The notes under the pieces are model-generated. The model did no database searches and was not told where the DNA came from. It saw nothing but the letters and a program-made list of their open reading frames with translations. The translations under genes were made by a program, and so were the position numbers. A stretch of 63,101 bases of DNA, filler included, from Chiloscyllium plagiosum (taxonomy: Eukaryota), in assembly GCF_004010195.1 (NCBI RefSeq). It is 4 parts of one record of this genome, joined end to end, with 100 filler letters (N's around TTAATTAATTAA, not from the genome) between each part and the next. Parts side by side here need not be neighbours in the genome. Positions count along the whole stretch, not along the records: positions 1 to 19,084 come from NC_057717.1; positions 19,185 to 31,986 come from NC_057717.1; 2 more parts are not named here. The stretch is one strand, 5' to 3'. Shown in pieces: positions 10,074 to 22,265 of the stretch; positions within the stretch are counted from its first letter, which is position 1, and the number at the start of each line of letters is the position of its first letter.

Positions 10074-11630
10074 AATTTTCACTAAAACGTGCCGATCAGC
10101 AGAGTGACCGATGTGGTTGTGTATCTTTGTGTTGGAGAAGCTGAGCTGGAGAGAGACAGACTCAGCCCCAAGTCCTGGTCCTCAGGGAAGGGGAGGGCAC
10201 AGCGTCCTGAGCTCAGGAGCTGGGATTAACTCCCTCTGTCCCCCCACTCCAATCTGACCTCCCCATTTCTTCTCCCCTACTCTTTCTCCTCATTTCTCCC
10301 CCTCTCTCTCTGCACAGTCTCTGTGTCAGAGGGAGAGGGAAGGACCAGGGAGACACAGTGTGTCAGAGAGAGAGGGAGGGACAGAAGGAAGAGTGATACA
10401 GTCAGAGAGAAACCTCAGAGTTACTGCATNNNNNNNNNNNNNNNNNNNNNNNNNNNNNNNNNNNNNNNNNNNNNNNNNNNNNNNNNNNNNNNNNNNNNNN
10501 NNNNNNNNNNNNNNNNNNNNNNNNNNNNNNNNNNNNNNNNNNNNNNNNNNNNNNNNNNNNNNNNNNNNNNNNNNNNNNNNNNNNNNNNNNNNNNNNNNNN
10601 NNNNNNNNNNNNNNNNNNNNNNNNNNNNNNNNNNNNNNNNNNNNNNNNNNNNNNNNNNNNNNNNNNNNNNNNNNNNNNNNNNNNNNNNNNNNNNNNNNNN
10701 NNNNNNNNNNNNNNNNNNNNNNNNNNNNNNNNNNNNNNNNNNNNNNNNNNNNNNNNNNNNNNNNNNNNNNNNNNNNNNNNNNNNNNNNNNNNNNNNNNNN
10801 NNNNNNNNNNNNNNNNNNNNNNNNNNNNNNNNNNNNNNNNNNNNNNNNNNNNNNNNNNNNNNNNNNNNNNNNNNNNNNNNNNNNNNNNNNNNNNNNNNNN
10901 NNNNNNNNNNNNNNNNNNNNNNNNNNNNNAACTTACTGAACTTATTTAACATTTTCAATAATTACACACTAAAGTTTCTTTTTAATTATCAATGATTATA
11001 CATTATTTTCCCTAAGTACCTACAGAGTTAATATCTGCAAAAAACAATACTCTGCTCCATTTCTCACGTGAGGAAGCAAAAACAAACCCATTCTCCATCA
11101 GCCTGGGGGCAAAGGGACCCGTTTGATCGGGGACCCAGTGAGACTTTCAAACGTGTCTCTGTATTCAGGGATTTGTTAAAATTATTGGAGCTGGAATTAC
11201 AAATGGGAAGGTCTGAATTACTGACAAAAATATGACATAAACCACAAGAAACCCTCCCTCCCCAAATACACAGAGACACATCCATAAGGACAGATGGTTT
11301 CTGCAACATTCCCACACACTCGATCACTCGAGAGCAGACACAGGTCACTCCTTCGCAGTTCCTAATACGGAGGGTGGAAACGTTGCTCTCCTGATAGATT
11401 TTCGCCCAGTTTCCTGAAGACAGAGGGAGTTTGGGAATTTCTGTCTTTTGGTCTAAATTGTGGTCAATCCTGTGTCGTGAAGAAATGGAAACGCAGGGAA
11501 AACGTATTCATCCCTTTAACTGCCGGAGGGGCATTCGGAACAGTGTCTACTTCTCCCTGGATCGGGATCTCTTCCCTCGGGATCTTATCGTTTGGTCAAT
11601 TCACTGACGTCCAGCCGTTCACAAACAAAG

Positions 11631-11854
11631 TCGGGGACAGAACGCTCCGGGGAATGTCAGTTGTAGAATGTCAGGGACAGAACGTTCCGGGGAATGTCAG
11701 TTACAGAATGTTGGAAACAGAACGTTCCTGGGAATGTCAGTTATAGAATGTTGGGAACAGAATGTTCCGGCGAATGTCAGTTCTAGAATGTCAGGGACAG
11801 AACGTTCCAGGGAATGGCAGATGTAGAATGTAGGGGACAGAACGTTCCGTGGAA
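11631..11854. repeat. 40-bp minisatellite, ~5.5 units (inverted paralogue)
   Basis: tcagggacagaacgttccggggaatgtcagttatagaatg units. Confidence 0.95.
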
Positions 11855-14479
11855 CTCCTTGACAAGTCCATCACCTTCCCCCCGCCCCCCATCCACCGCA
11901 CAAATATGATGTACTGTGCACAGGCTACATACCTGTCCAGCACGGGGAGCTGCACAGATCGCATCATTGCATTATCTATAAACCTCAATCAGATAGTGTG
12001 ACCACCACAGCGACCTGTGCAGTGACCCCCCGTGAATTAATCTGTAACCCAAGAGCAATTATTCTCCCAGCATGCATGGCTGTGTAACCGACCGCAGTGC
12101 ATTGATCTGTAAACATGGCGCAGTTACCCTTCCAGCATATAGGACTGTGTACCCCACCCCAGTTCATTGATCTGGAACCCAGGAGTAGTGACACTCCCAG
12201 TATGTAGGGCTGTGTACAGCACCCCAATGCATTGATCTGTAAACCAGGAGCAGTTAGCCTAACGGCATATAGCACTGTGTTCACCAGCCCCGTGCATTGA
12301 TTTGTAAACCAGGAGCAGTTAGCCTCCCGGCATGTAGCATTGTGTACACCTGCCCTGTGCATTGATCTGTAAACCAGGAGCAGTTACACCCCCCCTCCCC
12401 GCCAGTATGTAGGACTGTGTACACCACCCCAGTGCATTGCTCAGTAACACTTGTTAGATCACTTACCAGCGTGGGTAAACTCACAGCCCACAGTGGAAGA
12501 AACAAGATGTACTGCTCCCACCCATTTACGGCTTCCTATCTCGATTGTGCCATGACAAGGGGGTACTGTGGATGTGAACATCACTGCCAGAGAGTGAGGG
12601 TGGTGGAATCAGTTTAGGTATCACCACATGGGAGGGGTTTGGGGTATAGACAGAGAGGAGAAGACTGAGAGACAGTGACATGGAAGGATGTGTTCTCAGG
12701 TTGCAGACTGCTGAATTGTAGACACGTCGACAGCATCCTGTAACATGAGCCAGATTTCCCAGAAAAGATGGGAAAGAGGGATATTTATGTGAGTTTAGAT
12801 TGTGGAGAGTTTTAGATGAGCATTTGTTCTGCAGCTTTGTATATTGGAGTCCTTCATCGCTGGAGGTACACACCATCACCCGAGGACCCCTGGATATTCC
12901 ATGACCCCTGACACTGTTGCCATCTTTAAAAGGCCAATGGGCACACGGTTGAGCTTTCTCAGTTCGGAGCTGCCCTGCACCGTTTACCCCGAGCATGGCA
13001 GATAAGGAGCAATTACACCACGGTTTGTCGACAGGGGCACGGAAGTCCTGGTGAATTAGCTAGTAGATAGGCGGACCATTCTCTTTCCGGTGTGGGCAAC
13101 ACCACAGACCCACCGAGTATTGTCTGTGTGCACCACCCTGCTCAGTGCAGTATCTGCGGTCTGAAGAAATGTCCAGCAATACACGAGATGCATCAATCAC
13201 CTTCCCCGCTCTGTCAGCATAAGGCTCACCATATTCACTCAGCTCCCACACACTCACTGTATATCTATTAAAGCACCGACCCATGAGCAAGGCTCATGCT
13301 CCACCACTCTCACTGCTGCATGCAGCAAATTCTCTCTCTCTTTCTCTTTCTCTCTCTCTCTCTCTCTCTGTCACCTCGTCCACTTTACCCCCCACATCAA
13401 TAACACTGCATGGATACGACCCTGTCGACAGACTCCCTCTGACTACCTCACCATTTGCCATTATCCCCACCTACACCAGCACTAACAGCTGGGCCGCCCA
13501 CTCCCACCCTCCCTCCCTTCCTCCCATTCCAGGAGAAACAGCCTGGAATAGGACAGAAAGGGACAAGTCGTGTGGTGGAGTACCCGATATCCATTCCCTC
13601 ACACCCTCCCTCTCCCCGCCATGTGGGGAGGACTCTGGTAGGAGCCGGGGAGGTCTGGGACGCCTCGTGTGGATATTTGGAAACATCCACGTCCCACCGA
13701 CCGAGTGAGGAGCGAGGTTCAATGAAAGGCAATTCTCATTTTAAACCCACTGGCAGCTCCGTTTACCCCCGGCACAACTTAGAGGCTGTGGCGTTGATGC
13801 CATCTCACTTTTCTGTAGAGCTGATCCGAATGGAATCCCCACGGTCTTGGTGGGGAGGAGAGTGGGCTCACAACACATCGTGACCTCCACCTCCCAGGAA
13901 GGGAGCACCGAGACTCCCTCCTACACCACCCCCTGTAAACAGCTTAGATACTGAAACTGATCTGTGATAGTTACTGCTCTCCCCATTTGTCCTGACATCC
14001 TCAATAATCTGTGCTTATACACCCAGCACCCTCTGCTCCTGCACCCCGTTTAAAACGGTGTAGTCTGTTTTGTTTTGTCTTTCAATGTCCTTCCTACCAA
14101 AGTGCATCACCTCACACTGCTCTACATTGATCCCCATCTGCCCAAAAACTAGACCAATGTGTGCTTGTCCTGTTGGCGTTCCACACTGTCCTCCATAGAC
14201 TTCACAGTTCTTCCAGGTTTGGTGCCATTTACAAACATTGTGATTGTCATAGTGTCACAGTCCCTATGAAACAACTGAAATCCTGCCCCACACACACACG
14301 AGTGTGAGCAAGTGAAATGCTGATATATTCCCACGGACAGAATCGAATAATGACATGCTCTCAACAGACCAGCAAAAATCGTGACACCCACCAGACACAG
14401 TGAATGAAATATTGACAAACCATGGTGCAAGAGAAATCCGGATAGGCTCTGCTTATCTGTATTGACATCACGATATTAA

Positions 14480-15246
14480 TGTGATGAAGTTGAAAGTGTG
14501 TACTGTACCTTTAAGAGAGAGGGAACGCTATTCTGAACTGCGAGCTTCCAACCACCCGTGTATATGAGAGGACGGCAGATCCAGAGTGTAAAGGAAAACT
14601 GAAAATATGTCACATTTGATTGTGAATAGATCCCTGAGTTGGTTGCTATTTGAACAACATTTGGAATTTTACCAATCAATTTAAATTATACAGCAGGATA
14701 CTAAAACCAAATCAAGTTTGAAAATATTGTTTTTCAAAAATCAAACCAATGAGATAATCCAATGTTGTGGATATTAAAAATGCAGGCATTTTGAAAATTG
14801 CAGACAGAGCAAATGCCATCAACACAGATCCATGAAATTAGGAAACACTCTCTATCAAAGATACCTTTTCATATAGAACATATCCGCAGTAAACAGAAAG
14901 AAAATGGCCCAGGGAGATGTACAGCCCCAAGAAGACACAAAACCAACAGCTGCTCTGTGGTTTTGAAATTACATTTATGTCATTTTAATGAATGTCTTAT
15001 TGAAAGCGTATATCGTTATAGAGTTGGAGCGGGATAATACGCAGTTAAGAGAAAGAGGGTCTCAGAGTTGTGAATAGTTGATGTATAATGTTGACATTCA
15101 GAGTTAAAAAATAATTGATGTTTTTATTTAAACAGTGGAATTTGGGAGTTCTCTGTCCCTCAGATTTTAACATTTATCGAGATGAATTGAGCTTTTCTTG
15201 TTGTTTAGGTTAAACTACCAGATGAGCTACACACGGTGTCCTAACA
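14480..15246 (+). mobile_element. Probable solo LTR
   Basis: TGT...ACA termini (tgtgatga...cctaaca), ~770 bp, non-coding; no clean TSD (attaa vs attgc). Inverted, internally deleted paralogue at 23422-24103 and a remnant at ~6015-6262. Confidence 0.5.
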
Positions 15247-18200
15247 ATTGCTGTGTGTGTATCTGTGTGTCTCTGTGCGGGGCAGGTCTGGCAGTTTCTG
15301 TGATGCTTAAAGTGATGCAATGCCACCCTCTGCTGGCCTACCCACGCCACTGCACAGGCATTGGCTGACGGTGAATACCAATAGGGATTCATTCAGGCAG
15401 GGAGACGTGGAGGGGGAGGGCAGCTGCTCACAGCACATCCAAAATGAATTTTTTTAATCCATGTACTGATCTAAATGTCCTTTAAACATTGTAACTGTCA
15501 CTGCTTTCTCTACTTCCTCTGGAAGTTCATTCCACACACAAGCCAGCTTCTGTGTAACATAGTTACGTCTCATGACTTTTGTCAATCTTTTTTCCTCGCA
15601 CCTTAAAATATCCCTCGGTTTTGAATCCCCACCTCGGTGGAAAAGCCATCAGTACTTCAGCTTATCTGTCCCCCTCATTATTTTATAAACTTCTGTAAAG
15701 TTACCCCTCAATCTCATAGTCTCCAGTGAAAAAGTCCCAGCCTACCCATCCTCTTCTTACAACTCACTCTCTCCATTCCCAACAACATTCTGTTTAATCT
15801 CTTCTGAACCCTCTCCAGTTTAATAATATCAAGGTCATTAATATCAAAATGAGTAATCAAGGTATTTTCTAAGGGTAGGGGAGACCAAAACTAGAGGGCA
15901 TGGGCTTAAGGTGAGAGGGGAAACATTTAAAAGTGACCCAGGGGACAGCTATTTCACCCAGAGGGCGTTGCGCCTATGGAATGTGCGGGCCGGGTGACCA
16001 GACTGGACACAGTATTCCAGAAGGGGGCTCACCCATGTCCTGTACAACCTCAATATGTGTCCCAATTCCGATACTCAGAGGTCTGAGCAATGAAGAAAAG
16101 TGTGTTAAACACCTTCTTAACCACACTATCTATATGAGATGCAAATTTTAAAGAATTTTCCCTGACGGCCTTGGTCTCTGTTCTACAACACTGATAAAGA
16201 CCCTACTTTTAATTGTATAGATCATACTCTTGTTGGATTTATCAAATGCAATACCTCACATTAATCCAAACTAATCTCCAGCTACCACCCCTCAGACCAG
16301 TGTGTGATATTACTGCCACCTCCCCCTCCCCCTTCAATTTTAAACTGCCCATCTCCCTCTGTAGGCAGCCTGCACACTCCGGCCTTGATTTTCACAAATA
16401 CTCTGAGCTTGGTTTGCCTTGTGCGTTTAGGGGAAGGAGGGACAGATTGCAGACACAGTCAGTGGGGAGGAGAGGCTGGACAGTAATCAGCGGCCTGTTA
16501 TCATTTCATGGTTTTAAGAAGAGGGCCGTCGCACGTTAGAGGTGGTTAAGTGTGACAGGTGTTTTGGGACCAGAAATTAAGCTTTTCCTTCGTCTCCGGT
16601 GTTCAGTAATAAGTATCCATTGAGACCCTTCATTGTGCAGACTGTGTCTGCAGGATTACTTTCCCTAATATTGCAGACTACAGATAATAGAAATTAAAGA
16701 TTTTCATAGTTAATTTCGATAGCATTGCACGTACACTTAATATCCAACAGTTGAGACAAATATCTTGCATTTGTTTAGCAATACAAAGTGTTTTGTGGAA
16801 TTATAATAAATCTACACCGAGCTGAATGCGGTCACTTAAAATATGACCCAAAATCTGGGTATGGTAGTTGTAGTGGGTAGTGTCCCTGTCTCTGAGCCAG
16901 AGCTCTGGATTTGATTCCAATTCCTGAACTTGTGTGGTAGTGTTCCTAGCTCTGGACTAGAAGGCATGGATTCAAGTCCTGCCTGTTGCAGAGGTGTGTT
17001 GCAGCATATTAGATCAGGCTGATGAACAAACACACAGGAGAATACTGTGACAGCTTTTGGGTATCCCACAGAAGTGTCTCATGATACATCTGAACAAACT
17101 GATTAAAACGGATTTAGAATTGTGACTTGATGGCGAAGGAAGAGGTGTCAGTATTATATTTCAGAATTTAGGCCCAGTATGACTGAAAGTACAGCCATTC
17201 GTGTTGAATTGAGTCACAGTTCGCAGCAGTAGCGGTTTATAAAATCAGAAAGGTCATGGATAAGGTGAGTAGTCAGGGTTTTTCCCCTGTTTAGGGCCGT
17301 TCAAAACGAGAGGGCATTGGTTGAAAGTGAGAGAGGAAAGGTTTTGATGAGGCCTAAAGGGCACCTTTTCACACAGAGGGTGGTGTGTGTATGGAATGAC
17401 CTGCCCGAGGAAGTGGTGGAGGCTTGTACAAATACAGCATGTAAAAGGAATCTGGATGCTGACAGGCCTGCCGAGCTTTTCCAGCAATATCTGTATTTCT
17501 TTTAAAAATGCATTATTTTATCACAGGCATTCTGAATAAATTAAACATTTTATTTTTTTAATGATGCAGGGCCATGTAAACAAATTTCAAATCGTCTGAG
17601 ACCATTTGCTGCTAAGGGTATGGCTCTGTGTATGACAGCTACAATGATGCACCTAAATGGAGCAGGGAATATGACGGAGACATAGTTTGGACAATGTACA
17701 AGGAGAACTCACATGACCCAGTTTGGGAGAGAATGACATTATTGTGTGATTCAGCTCAAAGAGAGAGAAAATGTAATCTGCCTGAGAAGGAATGGACTGT
17801 TGCACTCTCTCTCCTTCATTGTTCCTCATCAAAGCAATGTGTGCGAGGTAAAAATAACTCTACAGTCATCGTTACCATTCTTATTTTGTATAGAATCCAT
17901 GCAGTGTTGACACAGGCCCTTCGGCCCAACAAGTCCATATCATCCTTCCCAACCCATTCCCCTATATTTACCCTTGACTAATGCACCTAGCCTAGAAATC
18001 CCTGAACACTACAGACAACTTAGCATGACCAATCCACCTAACCGACACAGTTTGAGAATGTGCAAACTCCACACAGACAGTCACTCAAGGTTGGAATTGA
18101 ACCCAAGTCTCTGGTGCTGTGAGGCAGCAGTGCTAACCACCATGCTTCCCTTTGGGTGATCCCTGACTAGAATTCACTGGAATCTACTCACTGCCTAAAG

Positions 18201-18372
18201 CAAAGGGAATTCAGCCAAATCCAACTGTCCCAGGATGGAATCCCATTGCTGGCAGCTGTGTGAGTACAATATCTTCAGAAGCAGAATAACATTTTGGACA
18301 ATCTTGCAATTTTTCCTTTTGTCGTAAGTTCCAATAATATCTGCAAACGTTCTTTCAAGTTAAAATTGCAGA

Positions 18373-18407
<35 letters not shown>

Positions 18408-18904
18408 AGTGTTTTTAGAAAGAGAAATATTGATTATATATTTGCAACACCCAAACAGTTTGCCAATCATCTTTCCACCATAGTTTGAGTAACATTTCTC
18501 TGGATCATAAACGTGTTGTTTTAGCAGATGAAAGAAACTAGCCTGACTTGTTCATAAAACTGACCCTGATCCAATCTGAGACCGATATCACCAACCTGGT
18601 TACATTTAACATTTGTTGTGACTAAAGGAGGGGTGGGACTAGAGAAGAAAACAGAGACCCAAAAAGCCTGGTAACTATACACCGGTGAGCCTGATGTCAG
18701 TGGCAGGTAAATTGTTGGAGGGGATTCTGAGGGATAGCATTTACATACATTTGGGAAGGGAAGGGCGAATCGGGGTAGACAACATGTCTTTCTGCATGGG
18801 AAATCATGTCTCATTAATTTGGTTAAGTTTTTTGAAGAGGTAACAAAGAAGATTGATGAAGGCAGTTTGGTAGACATTGTCTATATGGACTTCAGCAAGG
18901 TGTT

Positions 18905-19084
18905 CAATAGACAATAGACAATAGACAATAGGTGCAGGAGTAGGCCATTCAGCCCTTCGAGCCTGCACCGCCATTCAATATAATCATGGCTGATCATTCC
19001 TAATCAGTATCCTGTTCCTGCCTTATCTCCATAACCCTTGATTCCACTATCTTTGAGAGCTCTATCCAACTCCAGAGAGTGGGC
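18905..19084 (-). mobile_element. Young-looking CR1 3' end, cut by the gap
   Basis: (caataga)x3 tail followed by ggagtaggccattcagccc, the reverse complement of the gggctgaatggcctactcc CR1 3' motif. Confidence 0.85.
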
Positions 19085-19128
19085 NNNNNNNNNNNNNNNN
19101 NNNNNNNNNNNNNNNNNNNNNNNNNNNN

Positions 19129-19140
19129 TTAATTAATTAA
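19129..19140. other. Artificial scaffolding linker TTAATTAATTAA (also at 32031-32042 and 53945-53956)
   Basis: Identical 12-mer centred in 44N+12+44N = 100-bp gaps; it gives stop codons in all six frames. Confidence 0.95.
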
Positions 19141-19184
19141 NNNNNNNNNNNNNNNNNNNNNNNNNNNNNNNNNNNNNNNNNNNN

Positions 19185-19579
19185 GAATGTCTCCTGGCTG
19201 CTACTCTCTCTGAATTTTCTCCTGATGCTGTTTTCAATTCCTGAATTTTCCTTTTTGCCGAGGGCTGTGTTGATGGGAATTTCCTAAGTTGGACTAGTTC
19301 ATTAGTAATGGCTCCTAGAACTATTATTCTGTTACGTTGTACAATAGAATTATGTTATTCTAAATTCCTCTTTCTTTGGTTTTATTTCATTTTTCGTGTT
19401 TAAATAAATGGTGTTTTGCTTCACACCGAGTAGTTTGACCAGTCACGTTGCATCTGGAACAGACACTTTACATTTCCTTTAAAATAAGAAAACATTAGGG
19501 TTTAAACTTTTGAGAAAATATTAGAGTCTAGTCTACTGCCTTCAAATATTTTTGAGGGGCTCTGGCGTGGTCCATCACA
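19185..19579 (+). mobile_element. Possible 3' part of an LTR
   Basis: AATAAA at ~19402 and a tggtccatcaca end; the 5' part is lost in the gap. Confidence 0.35.
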
Positions 19580-19689
19580 CTAGACTCCTTCTCTTCCTGA
19601 GTAATAGGCTGGAGGCACTGAATGGGCAGCCCTTGCTCTTTTCCAATAATGTCAATGGGCTGAATGGCTTCCTCATATTCCTGTGAAAC

Positions 19690-20210
19690 CAGTGTTAGAT
19701 GCTGAATGAACTCTTGTTTTGCTGTGGCAAAGTGCAGTGTCAGATACTGCTGTTACATGAATGTTTGGGACACTTTAAAAGCACAAGCCTGAATGGAGTC
19801 TGGGTCTTGCTGCTCATGGACACAGGCCAGTTCAGGAGCTGGCGGGGCCGTCTAATTATTCTGAACATTGTGGAATCTTCAGTGACCATCCCCACTTCTG
19901 ATCTTATGGTGGGGAGTGTGGGGGTAGGGGTGGGAGCGGGGAAACATTGCTGTAGCAGCTGAAGGTTTTTGTGAAGTGGAATCTACCCTGTGGATCTCTC
20001 ACACAACTGAACCAGGACTGAGATGATGAACATCTTCCTTTGTGCCATGTTTGACTACAAACACTGGAGAGTTTACTGTGCTTCCCATTAAGTCCAGTTT
20101 TGTGAAGCTCCTTGATGTCAACACAAGTCAACCAATGCCTTGATATCAGGGCCAGTCATTTTTACCTGAACCCTTCTGTCAACCACTTTTGTTCACATCA
20201 ATAGGCCATG
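19690..20210 (-). mobile_element. Old CR1-clade LINE RT remnant of a different family
   Basis: The minus strand gives ALISRH/LDIKALVD-like RT motif remnants near 20130-20155; heavily decayed. Confidence 0.5.
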
Positions 20211-22216
20211 GTATAGGAGCAGCAAGTGTTTTCTTCAAACAGGTGGTATTGAATGTCAGGGTTTCTCTTCTCAAGTGTGTTCGGGGAGCTAGATGACTGA
20301 AAGTATTTGTAAAGGAGGTAAATGGACATTTAGCTGTCAGAGAGGTGAGGGCTATGAGGAATTGGGCATTTAAGAGGATTTCAGACCGAGAGCAGATCAG
20401 CCACGATTTTGGTGAAGTGCAAGTCTGGTTTGGGGAGTGAACAACCAGCCCCTGTTTCTGATGTTCTCACATTCTGTGATTGGAATGTTAGTGGGTGTTA
20501 TTTTCATGGATGTTCTGTTATTGTATATTGCAGTTAGTGAGACCAGAGGATTTTGTGAGCCATCGCTGGATGAGGTATATGGGCTGTATTCATTGAATCT
20601 CGGTCTACAACATGACCAACAAACGAAGAACAAGTTGCAGAGAGGCGAAGGTGTGTGAAGAGAGATGAGGGGCCTCTTTCATACGCAGCCTCAGTTTGCC
20701 AATTATATTTCCCAAATCACCTCAAAGCGTGTGTGACAGTCTTGAAGGGCCGATTGGTCTCCTTTGTTTCTGTGCAACAGGTTACAGGAGTAAGTGGCCT
20801 GCAACTGCTCCTGTCCAGCAGATTTGAGGGGCTGAATGGAACACAGAAACATGGGACTGGGGAGCAGGAGTGGGTCATTAGACACTTTGAGCCTTCTCCA
20901 CCAGGCACTAAGATTGTGCCTGATCAGGTTGGGGTATCAGCCCCACTTTCCTGTCTGTATCCCATTATGCATGACTCACTTCTCTGTCAAATATTTAACT
21001 AACGCAGCTTTCAATCAATGTGAGCATAGAGGCACGATAAACTTCCAGTGAAGAGAATTCTGACTTGAAAGGTGATTTCAGAATTTTTCATCATCCCTCT
21101 TATAAAATCAGAGAGTCATGCAGAATGGAAACAGACCCGTTAGTCCAATCTCTTCACTCTAATCAGATATCAAATCTGATCCAGCCCCATTTGCCAGCAT
21201 TTGGTCAATATCCCTCCTGACCAACATCCTGTACAGATGCAACATGTCACTACAACTCCTATGCTCAATACTCTGACTGATTAAGGCAAATGTGCCAAAT
21301 GTGTTCCACACCACTCTGTCTACCGGTGATTCCACTTTCAAGGAACAATGTACCTGCAGTCGGATGTCCCTTTGTTCCACAACACTCCCCTGGACCTTAC
21401 CATTAAGTGTATAACTTCTGCCCTGATTTGCCTTCCCAAAATGCAAAACCTTGTATTATCTAAATTAAACTTTACCTGTCACTCCTTGCACCTTTGTCCC
21501 ATCCAATTGTAGTCTCGCTGTACTTTGTGATAATCTACTACACCACCTTTCTTATGTAATCTGTGAACTTCCTCACTATGGCCCTGACATTCATATCTAA
21601 ATCCTTGACATAAATGATGAAATGCAGTGAACTCAGTACTGATTCTTGCAGAACACTGCTGTTCACAAGCCTCCAGTCTGAAAAATATCCCTCTTCCTTC
21701 AAGCCAATTGTGACTAGCATCCTTTGTATCCCATCTGACCGAAACCTATGAACCTGTCTGCCAATCAGGATGAAATACTAGCTATGAAGAGAGGCTGAGT
21801 AGGTAAGATTTATTTTAAATAGAAAAAAGGAAATTGAGGTGGGACCTGACTGAGATTTTCAAAATCATGAAGGGTACAGATAGGGTGCATAGAGACAAGC
21901 TTTTCCCAGGGTGAACGATTCAGTAACGAGAGGTCGTGCTTTCAAACCCTCAGAATCCCCTCCAACAACTTACCCACCAATGACATCAGGCTCACCGGTC
22001 TATAGTTATCAGGCTTTTTGGGTCTCTGTTTTCTTCTCTAGTCCCACCCCTCCTTTAGTCACAACAAATGTTAAATGTAACCAAGTTTGTGATATGGCCG
22101 ATGATATCGGTCTCAGATTGGGTCAGGGTCAGTTTTAGGAACAAGTCAGGCTAGTTTCTTTCATCTGCTAAAACAACACGTTTTATGATCCAGAGAAATG
22201 TTACTCAAACTTTGGT

Positions 22217-22217
<1 letters not shown>

Positions 22218-22263
<46 letters not shown>
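22218..22263. repeat. (CA)n microsatellite; paralogues at 3005-3023 and 18376-18406
   Basis: Direct reading. Confidence 0.98.

Positions 22264-22265
<2 letters not shown>

Larger units (their letters stand above)
11068..18906 (-). other. Segmental duplication copy B (inverted, lacks the GPCR exon)
   Basis: 11068-11630 is the reverse complement of 8698-9254; 11855-15460 matches 23225-26228; 15465-18400 matches 3005-6010. Confidence 0.95.

Noticed and set aside
13283..13883. Overlapping 141-142 aa ORFs in copy B
   Set aside because: No recognisable domain, low complexity, and the paralogue in C differs by indels; no support for coding function.
19129..19140. Palindromic TTAATTAATTAA seen three times
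   Set aside because: Always centred in an exact 100-bp N block, so it is an assembly linker.
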